Below are positions 10,743 through 23,331 of a stretch of 64,000 bases of DNA, one piece after another. Made by a program: the position numbers and the translations under genes. Numbering within the stretch: position 1 is the stretch's first letter; each line of letters opens with the position of its first letter. This stretch comes from Adineta vaga. Its lineage: Eukaryota; Animalia; Rotifera. The notes under the pieces are model-generated. The model ran no database searches. It saw only the letters and a list, made by a program, of their open reading frames with translations, and was not told the DNA's origin. The DNA lies in the NCBI GenBank assembly GCA_021613535.1, contig CP075494.1:10540001-10604000 (forward strand), read 5' to 3'.

Positions 10743-13559
10743 TCAAACATTAGTCAAACGAAAACATGTAGGTCCATTATCGTGGGCGGCAATATTCATT
10801 CCGTTATGTCTTGTCAAATTAACATTAGTATTAGCGAGCATTTGACCACCCCCGTTTAGATGATTTAATACATTAGCAGAATTTCTCGTATGTCGTGTTT
10901 TAGTTGATGATCGAAATGTTGTTGAATTAGGAGAATTTTGTACAATGCCGGATGTTTTAAAATGCATTTTTGTTGATGATGATTTCGTTTTGGCAACTGT
11001 TTTTTCGCAACATGATGAAAATAGTTCACGAAATTTGAGACGAAATTTATCTATGATACGAGAAAAACAAAGAGAAATGAAAGAAACTTGAGATTTCAAG
11101 ATAAACTTTCAATTACCACTCATTATATTGTATATAATTGGATTGATTGAAGAATTAAAATAAGGTAAAAAATGAGAAATCAATGCACTAATTGTCACAA
11201 TTTTAGTTGTGCCAGTTCGTTCGAGATAAACAATTTTCGGTTCAAAACATTCAACTTGATCTCCATTTGATTTATTTAGTTTAACATGTTCCATATAAGT
11301 ATAAATATACCTTAAAGAAAAGATTGTATTTTTATCATTTTTTCGATTATCTATATACCTGAATAAATTAAAAACATGTACAGGAATATAACAAATAGTA
11401 AAAATAATGACAACTGATATGAGCATTTTTGCTGCTTTTTGTCGAGTTTCTTGAACGATAATATTCGATGATTTTGTGGAGTTCTGCATTAAATTATTAT
11501 TAATATCATCTAAAAATCGATTTCTATGAACTTGATGTTTTTCAATGTAGATAAAAATCGTTTTTACCTCCATGTGACATTAGACTAGAATTTCTCTTTC
11601 GTTTCTCACCGAGATAGGTTTGTTCACTTGGTAATGAACCCCAAAGAACACGTGCTACACCCGTATATGTATAAACCATTAAACATAATGGAATAATAAA
11701 TAAACAAAGTGAAATATGTAATTGATATACAAGATCAAACAAAGGATGAGCATTCCATTGACAACTAAAGTAATTAAATGTCAATGGTAATCTTTTCTTA
11801 ACAAAAGATATTACTATGTTAAATAGATCGTTGATAATCTGTCACCATATTGTCGACTAAGCGTCATCATAATCGCATCTAAATGCATTGAAAAACGATT
11901 GTTTCGATATGCATAATTACAAAAAAATGTAAGGAATCATAAAAGATTTGATTGCATACTTATCACAATCGAAAACAACAAACCTGGAAGAACAAGTACA
12001 ATGGAAAGTAACCAAATCGATAGAATTAATATTCTTGCACGTTGTTTTGTTCCACTAAATTTTAATGGATAGACAATAGCTTGATAACGTTCAATTGAAA
12101 TACCCATTAAGGTTAAAACAGAAACTGATATTGACATATTCTAAAAAGAAAATCAAATTTGATGAATAATAAAACGAATTTATGATTATAAGAAGAAGAA
12201 AAGTGTTATAAAACAGCGCAAATGCACTTTTTTTGCGTCTCATTGAAAATCTTAAACGACATGTTACTTCTACTATTAATTCTCTGCAGTTTATCGATTT
12301 CAGCGACTACAGATGATTTATTGGAAAGTAGCAGAATCAATGAGTTAAAGTATTCACATGAAGGAAAAGTCACCGGTCAACGAGCAATTTTTACATTTCA
12401 TATTTCAAATTCAACTGCAAAACATGAATTAGGTATTGATTCATATTATTTTTCTGTTACTTTTATTGGTGAAGAATTTCACGAAAAACGAATTTCCATT
12501 GTTTCCATCCCCATAAATGAAAGTGTATATGTTGGCAAATTAAATATGGTAGGCTTAGAAGAAGAAGAAGGGAATTATGTTGTTTGTGTTATCTTTCGAA
12601 ATAATGTTACTAATTATTCAATTGCTTCAAGTCGATTTTGTCATGTCATATCTGTAAAAGATCGATGTTTACTAGAAGCACCATCAGACATGTTTCATAA
12701 TCGACAAATTTTTGTTTTACTTCCATTCGTTGTTATTATCTTAGTCATGGCCTTTTTATTCTCATGTATACGTGATTATATCTATCGCCCACGAACAATT
12801 GATGCAATCTTGAAAAGCTTGCCACAACATCATGCAACTAATTTAGAAGAACTCGCTCCTTTTGCTGACAGTAGACGACATCGACAAACACAACCTGCAT
12901 TAAATAAACGTCTACGTGAAGATTCTGTTGATTCTATTAATTATGATCCTAATGGCGATCGTCGATATTCTGCTTATCATAATCTTGATAGAGAACCATT
13001 AGAAACTGTAATGGAGGATGACTAAGAAAAAGACAATAACAACAATCGATCTATTTGTCGTTTAAACATAAGACTAAACTTATTTTTTGCTTTGTCTAAT
13101 AAAGAATAATAACTAATTATACCTGTATGTAATTAACAAATTTACAAAGAATTAAACCAAAAAACCATGTTTTCGTAACATCTTGAATGACAGTTGCAGG
13201 TAAACAAAAAAGAAGAACTAGAAGATCAGCAGCAGCTAAATTCATAATAAACATATTGGTTACGGTTCTAAAAACGAAAATTATAAAGATAAAAAGAAAG
13301 CATAGAATCATTCATATTTGCTTTTATACGACCTCATGCTTCGATTACGTTGAATAACAATAATTACTAGAATATTACCGATTGTACCGACAATAAAAAC
13401 AATAAGATAAAGAACAATACATATCCATTCATATGAAGTTGGTAAAACATATTTTAATATAAGATCATTCACCGAACTATCCGATAGACAATTTCCAACA
13501 ATATCAATAAAATAACAAGAACTGGAATTGTAAGAACATAAGTTTGATATATTCATCAT
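10743..13559 (-). CDS. Orexin/allatotropin-receptor-type class A neuropeptide GPCR, multi-exon
   Basis: [26 protein letters not shown]...[29 protein letters not shown]...WFFGLILCK...[32 protein letters not shown]; TM6 [21 protein letters not shown]; TM7 [21 protein letters not shown]. These match orexin/allatotropin receptor signatures. Confidence 0.88.
12261..13025 (+). CDS. Intronless single-pass (type I) membrane protein of unknown function, nested antisense in GPCR intron 2
   Basis: 267-codon ORF from 12222. TATAAAA near 12206 favours ATG 12261 ([15 protein letters not shown] signal peptide). Beta-rich Cys-containing ectodomain, [23 protein letters not shown], cytoplasmic tail, AATAAA near 13098. 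Lies wholly in intron 12141-13122. Confidence 0.8.
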   Translation: MLLLLLILCSLSISATTDDLLESSRINELKYSHEGKVTGQRAIFTFHISNSTAKHELGIDSYYFSVTFIGEEFHEKRISIVSIPINESVYVGKLNMVGLEEEEGNYVVCVIFRNNVTNYSIASSRFCHVISVKDRCLLEAPSDMFHNRQIFVLLPFVVIILVMAFLFSCIRDYIYRPRTIDAILKSLPQHHATNLEELAPFADSRRHRQTQPALNKRLREDSVDSINYDPNGDRRYSAYHNLDREPLETVMEDD

Positions 13560-14930
13560 TGTAAAACTGAAATTGAGAAAAGAAAAACAAACTATTCAAT
13601 TCTAAAAACAAAAAATATCGATTAGTAAATTATTATAACAATGAAATATGATAAGATATTTTTCTCCATGAATTCATAGAAAAGAAGAGGAGAAAAAAGA
13701 AGTATAGTCATCTGTTCTATGAAGATCTATTATAGAAATTTATTCTGATAAGATATGTCAGAATGAAGTGCAACTGACTCCGTCCAGAATAACACTTTTG
13801 AAAAGAATACTTAATTGACTCAATTAGTTCAAACTTTGTTTCTATACTTATCTCTTTTCTAGGAAAAAATATCCTAGTTTCTTATACAGCAATATAGTTT
13901 TGTCAACATTTCTATGATTAATAGCAATGTGTTAACAATGAAATTCATAATCCTATCTTATTCAAATGAGTCAATATAGCTTTCTTATCGACCCGGAAAA
14001 AACTAAACCTGACAATTACGAACATATATATATATATATTTGATATTTGTTCCTTAATCTAATCTTCTCGATATTTTATAGAGGAAAAACATAGAGACGT
14101 AATTGATTGCGAATAATATCGTTCATAATCATCGCACGATCAAATTCTAGTCTTAATCTAATTTAATTTAGGAGAGAAAAAAAGCTCTTACTGTATATAT
14201 ATATGAGAATATGCCTGGTGTATTCTACGATCTGAATACTATTAATTTGACCATCTATTATGATAGATGAAGAACGTCGGATGTTTCTCTCATCAAAAAG
14301 AAGCATCGTGTGCGACGATAAGATCTTTCATTAAAAGTATTTCCTTACTCTTATTATGATACTAAATCAAAAAGAGAATGTCAATAATATATGAAAAGAA
14401 ATTCTTTTCTTCTAACCTCGATTTAATGAATAGGTATTGAAATAAGGAATCTTTTTCTTTTTCGTTCAGGAGAAGAGAACGCTTACATTAACCGAGAATT
14501 GAATATATTAATTACTAATATTGCTATTTCTGATTTTCTTTTACAATATAATTCATTCGTTTCATTGGTCGTCGTTGTCGTATTTCTTTTTCTTCCAAAA
14601 TATAATCCGATTCAGTTCTGTACTTATTAATAAATAATCTTTCTTTGTCAGAGAGAAGAATATTATAATTGCATAGTAAAAGAAGATCTTCTTTCTATTC
14701 GTAAAAAAAGTTCGTATTAGTATTTACTCAGGCAATTCAAAGTAGTGATGCGTTAATTAGATATAATTGACAAGTTAATTTAGAAAAGAAAAAAAACTTT
14801 CTGATTCATAGTGAGCAAATGAAATGATATATATATATATTATAATAAAGAAAAGTAAAACAAACTGATCACAAAACTAGACGTATAACCATTCTTGCCA
14901 TCAAAAAAAATTTAACAATAGAGAAAAATT

Positions 14931-16678
14931 TCATTTAAAATTTGTTTGAACTGGTAGACCATGAGCACTAAGCATTCGACTATGATTTGATATTGTCAAT
15001 TCAGGATGATGAGAATTCTGAGATGAATGAAAACTTGGTGTTCGATTGGAGCCGGCCGTTAGTTTTCTATAAAAGTTAAAGAAATAAAATGATGAATTCA
15101 AACTTTTTTTTCATCAACAAACCGATGACCATTCTCTCCAAGTGTCATTTGAAATTGACTTTTCTTAGCTGAACTAATTTCCGGTTTGAATCCTTGACGG
15201 CGCGGTTCTAAAAAGAATGATCATATATCCTTTGTATTCAATAGAAGATTTCACGTTCAATCTATCAACGGCGCAAAAAAAAACTTGTCACTGTCGATAA
15301 TTGTTGAAAAAGAAACGCGTTATGATTATGATAAAAAGCAGATAGTCTGTATATATCAATGAAAGGAGAAAATTAAGCGATTAAATACCAATTCTTGATG
15401 AAGTTTGACGAGGAAAAACTAGAAAGTAATATTTGTTTGAAATAGATTCAAACATGAATGAAGTACGTAGAAAGCAAAGGCACAAAGAAAAAAGAGAACA
15501 GCGTCGGAACTAGAGGAACCGACCTGGCATTTGATGTATTGTCATTGATTGTGCTCGTGTCACAGTGGAACCAATTGATGGAAGAGTAACTGAGACTATA
15601 GAATATGTTCTAGTCATTGACAGGCGATTCGTGACTCTTTTCTATTTATATTTCTTACCACGATGACTTGAATAAGCTGCTGGTGGATCATTAAAATCTG
15701 GTCGTGATCGTTCACGAGTTTGTATAGCTTCGCGTGATGCTTTCCAACTAGTTAAAAATTGTCGGGAATTGTCAGTTATCTGTTTTCCATCGAGCATTTC
15801 TATTTTTGCGAGAAGAGTCATTAATTTAGATTTTTGTTTCTTAATGAAAAGAAAATCTTTTACCTAAGGAAGTTGATGCAACAATTAATCGTTCACGATA
15901 ACGTCCTTTTGAACATAATGGATTTCGATTTGTATCTAAGCGTTTTAAACGTGACCATATACTTAATAATTGAACAAGTTCACGAAGATTTTCCAATCGA
16001 TTATTGCTTGCAGATAATTCTTGTAATCTTTCCAAACAACTTAATTCAGCTAATGAATCAAGATTATTGCCACTAACATTGAGAATTTCTAAGAAAGAAA
16101 AAAAAAAGAATCAAAGCAGAATTATTTTCGTTTTTGATTAGTTAAAGAAGAATGTGTATCTTACCAAGACCTTGTGATAAACAATGCAAAGTTCGTGGTT
16201 CAAAAACGAGTTTTTCACCTTCGGGTAAATGTTGATTTTCGATATAAATCTCTTTTAGTTGAGTATTTTTATCAAGACCTTCGAGAACTTGAATTTGATT
16301 ACCACCAAGATACAATTTTTGTAATTTCGGGCAACAATCCAGATTTTCTAATTTTTGTATACGATTATTTTGTAAATAAAGATGTGTTATGTTTTCTCCA
16401 AAATTCAAATTTTCAATCTTAGTCAACGTATTGTCATACAGATAGATCACTGTTAAAAGACGACAAGGTGGAATAGAATCCTAAAATATAAAATAATGAG
16501 ATATTAAAAAAAAAAGAAATATAAAATTGAACAAAATCATTACAATTGAATCGATATTTCGATCTTGAAATGGTAAATGTGTTAATCGTGCAAGATAATG
16601 TTCAACTGATTCATCTGCGCGTCGTTTATTATGTCCAGGTGTTTGCTTAGCAATTAAATCTGATGTCAATTTGACCAT
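14931..16678 (-). CDS. PPP1R42: Protein phosphatase 1 regulatory subunit 42 (LRRC67), leucine-rich repeat, multi-exon
   Basis: MVKLTSDLIAK...THLPFQDRNIDSI; YLYDNTLTKIENL...THLYLQNNRIQKLENL...KLYLGGNQIQVLEGL...ENQHLPEGEKLVFEPRTL; NPLCSKGRYRERLI; LDGKQI...RQFLTSWKASR. C-terminal exon choice is less certain. Confidence 0.88.
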
Positions 16679-17128
16679 GTTGATATTCTAAAGGTTGAAG
16701 ATATATAATGACAAGTTTAGGAAAAATGAAATAATATTAAAATGGAATATTTATCTATCATATGTTTGTTGCGAAGCGACAGCCTTCACATAGATTTATA
16801 GTTCTTTGAAGAAAGCACGAAAATATTGGATCATTAATTATATCCTTCGGTTTCTTTATATTGTATGATCATCGTCAGCAGAAACCTGAAGCTATTTCAT
16901 ATATCACAAAGTTCTTTCTTACGTCAACGGTTTTCCTGTAGGACAGTATACCAAAGTCAAACTTAATCTACATGTATTCCAATAGCATAGTGACATCTAT
17001 TGTTATGATTAGTCATTGAATGGACAAATTACATTTCTCGATATTAGTTCTAATCGAGTCGGGTGCGGGTGAATCGAATGTGTTTTTAAATTTAGTGTTC
17101 TAGATATAGACAATATAGTATTATAAAA

Positions 17129-18750
17129 ATGTCCGTTGAAGAAAGTGAAGATTTTACAATTCTTCCAAATTTTCTCAATGAAAATTCATCATTGAAGAAA
17201 AAGAAAGATCTTTATCGTTTGCCTGAATGGATGTCATCATTAGCTAAACGATTTGATAGTGGACAAAAGCAAACGGAAACGACAACTCCTATACAACAAC
17301 TTGATTATCTTGATGAAGATCTTCGTTCTATTTTAATCAATGATCTTTCTCTTGAACATCTTTTTCCTGTTCAATTACAAGTCATACCTTATTTGATCGA
17401 ACAAAATCGTTCACATTCACCACTTCCACCATCGGACATTTGTGTTTCATCACCAACAGGTAGTGGTAAAACATTAACATATGTTATTCCACTTGTTCAA
17501 TGTATTCGTCAACGTGTTCTTCGTGCTATTCGTATTGTGATTCTCTTACCCGTACAAGATTTAGCCGAACAAGTTTATCATGTTGTGAATCAAATAGGAA
17601 AACAATTACAATTAAAAACGGTTCTACTTGCTGGTCAACATTCTTTTGAAGATGAACAAAATGCACTTGTTCAACAACAATTAAATGGAAGTATGAAAAT
17701 GATTATTTCATGTTTTTTTAAATACAAACTATTTTCATTTTTCTCTGTTAAGATTGGATATCATCTATTGATATTGTTGTTTGTACACCTGGTCGATTAG
17801 TCGAACATATAAGTCGAACACCTGGATTTTCCTTAACACATCTTCGTTATCTTGTTATCGATGAAGCTGATCGAATTATTGATGAATTCAAACAAGATTG
17901 GTTAAATATTCTCGATCATGCTGTTGGCTTATCAAAGCAAAACAAACATGATTTTCAACCATATATGCTTAGTCAATCATCATCACATCGTAAAACCTAC
18001 CAAAAATTACTTTTTTCCGCAACATTAACACATAATCCAGAAATTCTTCAACAACTTAATCTATTTCATCCAATTCTTTTCTCATCATTATCATCATCAT
18101 CCATTGCAATGCCAGCAACATTACGTGAAAATTTTGTTGTCTGTTCAATAACTTATAAACCATTGATTGTTGCTTATCTCATTCAAAATCAATTACATTC
18201 GGAAAAACTTATGATTTTTGTTCATTCAAAAAAAGATGTCGATCGTTTATGTTCACTTTTAAAATTACTTCTACCAAATGATATTCAAGTGAATTATATT
18301 TCACGAAATTTACCATCGAATAAAATTCAAACACGATTGAGCATGTTTCAACAAGGACAAATACAAATTCTTGTTTGTTCCGATGTTCTTGCGTATGTAA
18401 TTTGAAAAATGTATCTCCATAAAACTCCAAAATTCATTTTTTTTAGACGTGGTATCGATATTCCGAATATTGATTGTGTTATTCTTTATGATTTACCAAA
18501 AAATATTCGAACTTATACTCATCGTATTGGTCGAACAGCTCGTGCTGGTAAACTTGGTCGATCGATAACCATTGTTGAAAAAGAACGATTATCAATGTTT
18601 CGTGCAACGATTAAAACTTATCGACGAAATAAATTAAAACATATGGATATTAAAAAAGAACAATTTTCATTTATGTTAACTGATTATCAAAATGCTTTAG
18701 AAAAATTTTCAGCGAAAGAACAGAAGAAAAAATTGAAACAAAAGAAATGA
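17129..18750 (+). CDS. DDX51: DEAD-box RNA helicase DDX51/Dbp6, 3 exons
   Basis: [86 protein letters not shown]. Confidence 0.92.
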
Positions 18751-18819
18751 TTGTTTTGTTAAAATTAAATGTGTTTTTTTTTCTTTAGATTTATTTATTT
18801 TTTTACATTTCCGTAGAGA

Positions 18820-20071
18820 ATGAGTTCAACGACTGGTTTGTATGAAAGTTTCATTTGAATATTTCGTATTCTTCTTCTTATTCTTATTCGAAGATAAAGA
18901 TTCATTTGATCCATGTTCCGGCTGCGAAATTCCTTGTTCGAAACATGCAGCTTATCCACCGGAAATCTTGCAAGAAATAGATCAAGGTAATATGGTTGGT
19001 TCTATTGATAAACATCGTCGTCATTTATGCATTGGTCAATCGATTCCAACAACGCAATGGCCAAAAGATGTGAAAGATTTACAAGATGCTTATATTGCTA
19101 CATTAACAGGATTTTTAAAAGAAAAGAAAGAGTCCATTGGCTATGCCGTTAAATTAACGTCTGCATCTGTCGTAACAACAACAAGTGACGATCCTACGCA
19201 TTCAGCTGATTGGTATTTATTTCCTGATCAAATCAAAATTTCCAATGTCAATATCGAACAGATCGAACAAGTTATTCAAACATTATTTGTCGATGATCAA
19301 TCTGTTATTAAAATCAAAGATAAAACCAAATCAGTGGAAGAACAACTTAAAGAAGATAATAATTTGCCAACATTTGATGAAAATATCAAATGTGAAAGAT
19401 TACATGGACTTTGGTTACTTGTTTGTTGTCATTATCAACGGGATCAACGCTGTGGTAGGTTTTATAAATAGCTAATTGATTGCATTTTCAAATGTTAGAT
19501 AAACAAAGCTTCGAAAATGATTTGTGATAGGAAATATTCTCTATTCATATAGTTAGACGTATATTAATGATAATAATATCACGCGATTGATAGTCTCACA
19601 ACTGTCATGAATATCTTCAACGAAATGTCTTAATGTCGATGAGTATAAAATGACATTAATTGAATAAATAGGATAAAGAGAATGTACTTTAACTTTTTTG
19701 TCCTCTAGGAGTCATTGGTCCGATGATAATTGATGAAATTGAAAAGTATGTTCGAGAAACTGATCGTAGTGATAATGTTCATTGGTTAAAGATCAGTCAT
19801 ATTGGTAAGTTCTTATCATATTCAATTATCTGATTAATTCAAGATAAGCCTTTTTTTCTTCTAAGTTTTCCTTACTACTATTGATGTTTCTTTTCATTTA
19901 GGTGGGCATAAATTTGCTGGTAATGTTATTGTTTATCCATCGGGAACATGGTATGGTCGTGTTTTGACATGCCATATTCCTTTATTGATCGATGCATATA
20001 CATCATCGTCCGAAGAATTAAAAAGCAAATTAAAACCTTTGTATCGTGGTCATTTAGATACAGCTTGGTAG
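18820..20071 (+). CDS. Sucrase/ferredoxin-like (Apd1/Aim32-type) thioredoxin-like [2Fe-2S] protein, 4 exons
   Basis: Exons 18820-18835, 18894-19454, 19709-19804 and 19902-20071. Motif LLVCCHYQRDQRCGVIGP...ISHIGGHKFAGNVIVYPSGTWYGRV fits the C-X8-C...H-X-G-G-H signature. Confidence 0.9.
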
Positions 20072-21182
20072 AAAAAATAAATCAAATCAAATCTAATGAC
20101 AATCAAACTACTTTTCCTAATTTCAGAAATGGAACATTATTGCTTTTTTTGACGAAAGATGATTTTTCATATGTTTAATATCTTCTCGGAAGTAAAAGTT
20201 CCAAGTGACATTATTTTAGTGATTGATTCAAACCTGTTTCCAATCTTTTTTCTTGTTCTTTTTTCTTATACGTCATTTGCTTGGTCTTTAATCATCGAAG
20301 AAAAGAAAAGAAGTTTGTGCTGAGGAAGGAAGAAGAAAAAATTGCGTTTTCCTCTTGTTTCTTTGATATATATATATATATATATAAATATTTTCTCTCT
20401 TATTCTCTAAATTACCTCAATAAAGTCATCAATAAAAATGAACCATTGCTTCACTATGAGTGTCTTTTGTTTGAGCCTATTTCCGCTTCATATATCAACG
20501 ACAATGGTAGCTGTATAGATGTAAAGAATCAATGTTGAATTCAGAAACAATCTTCTCGATATCTGAACATTCTTGCAAGAAGAAGAAGAAGAAAAACAGG
20601 TAATAGAACGAGAGTATGTCAAAAAAAAGAAAAATGCAAACAAACGAACTTACGTTTATTGATGACAAACAGATTTTCTATATTCTTATCTGAATGTTAT
20701 CAAATGCTTGAAGTGATTGATCTTTTTTCTTACATCTAATGTCATAATTATTCATATATTTCTTAACTGTATCTCCGTAGGGAGATGACAACAGGAAATA
20801 ATTAGGGAATTTCATCTGTAATACTTTGAATTTATCTTATTTGTATTTGATCAAGAGCGAGAGAGAGAGAGAGCAATTGATTCAAACATATGGAATTGAT
20901 TTCGGTTTGTTATTAAATCTGATGACAATTTTCTTTCTTGTTCAGTTTTTCTTTCCGATATCATTGATCATTTTCTCTGGCGTTTTTCTTTCTCTTCTCA
21001 GACATTACACTTATTGTCGTTTTTTTTTTACTAAGAACATACACTCATATATACAAATCACACTCGAAGATCACTAACAGAATTATCGTAATTGTTCACT
21101 CGTCTGTACCATGTAAGAACTTGTAAGTCAATCATCATCGTTGCATCGAGTTTATCTTCGATGTTAATCAAACCAAATCAAA

Positions 21183-23331
21183 ATGCTCAATCATCGATTT
21201 ATTTTTATTTATTTTTATTTATTTATTTGTTTCCCATTCATTACTTCTTTCGAACAAGATTTTAATATAATCGATGAAGAAACACGATTAATTCGAATGT
21301 TATTAAATGAAAAAAATTATATGAAAAAAATTCGTCCATCGAGTACAGTTATTGTAGACATTCGTTTCGTTTTCAATCAAATCGTTTCCATGGTTGAAAA
21401 AGAACAAATTATTGTTAGTAATTGTTTTGTGGATCAAAAATGGACAGGTAATCTAAATTCAATAATATCAATTCATTCAATTATCTCTTTATCTTATTCA
21501 GACCCACGACTTGTTTGGAATCTATTAGATTATAAAAATGTGACTTGGATTCGTTTACCTGCTACATCTGTTTGGTATGAAACAAGTGTTTGACATAATT
21601 ATTTATTATTGCGTTCATTTTAGGTATCCAGATACATTTCTCTATAATACAGCTGATAATGCTGGTTTTCTCCTCCCACATGATTCTCAGAATGTTATTG
21701 TTAGTCATAATGGCACGGTGTTTTGGCCATTACCATTGGCACAACTTCGCACACGATGTCGAATGACGATTAAACACTTTCCATTCGGTAGAAATCTATT
21801 ATTTATATTTATTTTTCAATTGAATTCCTAGAGAAATCATGTTTAAATGAGTTTGTTTCACATTGGAAATATTGCATGATCAGAAAAAGAAATATTTCGA
21901 CTAGTCATACTTATATTCTACTGACAGTCTCTATTAGTTGTCACGCGATTGATCAATGATTAACATGAAAAAGCTTGTCAGTATGTAGTTCTTTGGGGAG
22001 TTTACTATTTGTATTCATTCAATTTTAATTCCATTGAGAAAAGTAAATCTAACATTAGTAGGTCTTCTTTAATGGTAATTGATCGTTCATATTTTGTTTT
22101 TCTATTTAGATGAACAATCTTGTGATATGATATTTGGTTCATGGAGTCATACAAGTTCATTGATTCATTATCGATTTTGGGAAAAAGTACCTGAATTACC
22201 TCAATATACACCAAATAATGAATGGAAATTACTAGCTGTTGCACAATCAATCAAATCTATTGAATATCCAAATTGGGTAGAACCAGATACATTCTTTGAA
22301 ATTAATTTTACAATTTTAATCGTTCGTAAACCTTTACAAGCTATATATAATACTGTTGTACCAGCATTGATGTTAACAACATTAACATTAGTTTCATTCT
22401 TCGTAAGTATCAATATAGAAATCGAATCAAATAGATCGATTTATTTTCTTTTGAAATAGATTCCCTTTGGTCAAGAAATGCAAATTGGTAAGTTCGATAG
22501 AGATAATTTCTTGATTATTCTCTTTGGTATTATCAATTATTTCTAGGTATTAGTATTATGTTGGCCTATTCCGTATTTAGTTTACGTCTTTCCGAAGATG
22601 TTCCATCACAAAGCGATAGTGTACATTTAATCAGTTTATATTTAACTATTTGTATGTTATTTTCACTTTCGGCTATGACATGGTTTGCTATTGCAAATAA
22701 ATTACGTGAAAGAAAACGTTTACCTCATTGGTTACGTTGGTTAGCACTTGATTATATCTCAGTAATTGTTTGTGCAAAAAGTATGCATCGAAAAGCAGTA
22801 CGTGCTGTACATCAATCATCGAAAACAGCTCCAACAATTCCCTCTTCTCCATCTGTAACAATTCCATTACAACCATTATTATCACTAAATCCAATAGATA
22901 GTTCGAATCATTTATATCATGAACGAGAACATTCTGGACGATCACCATCGTCCTGTCGTCCATCAACAACAAGTGCTCGAGAAGCACGTGATACAACTTC
23001 TTCATCACCGGTATGGGTTCGACGACCATTATTAACAAATCCTTCGACAGCATCAAATGGGCCTGAGACTAGAAGATCGAATTGTTCCTTTCGAAAATTG
23101 AATAAATCAAAAGAACCATCAGCATCAAAAAATCAAGAAAGTTTATATGCTATTCATATTATCAATCGATTAGTATTCTGCTTATTCTTCTTATTTGTCG
23201 TCATTTTTAATATTTATACATGGTTTTTCTATTCGCGTGCATTAAAAACGAAATTACTCGATAATACAACACTATGGACATGTTTCGATGAATCACGTCT
23301 GACAGTTGTCAATTGTAATGAAACAATATAA
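21183..23331 (+). CDS. Cys-loop ligand-gated ion channel, nAChR-like non-alpha subunit, multi-exon
   Basis: Signal peptide; WTDPRLVW; VWYPDTFLYN; Cys loop CRMTIKHFPFDEQSC; FGSW; NNEWKL; four TM segments; IINRL before M4. No vicinal CC in loop C. Confidence 0.92.

Noticed and set aside
10500-10745. Stop-codon readthrough or extra coding exon after the GPCR TGA (TGA-CAA context)
   Set aside because: Readthrough adds only 16 aa, and the further open stretch has no convincing splice sites. Not supportable without conservation data.
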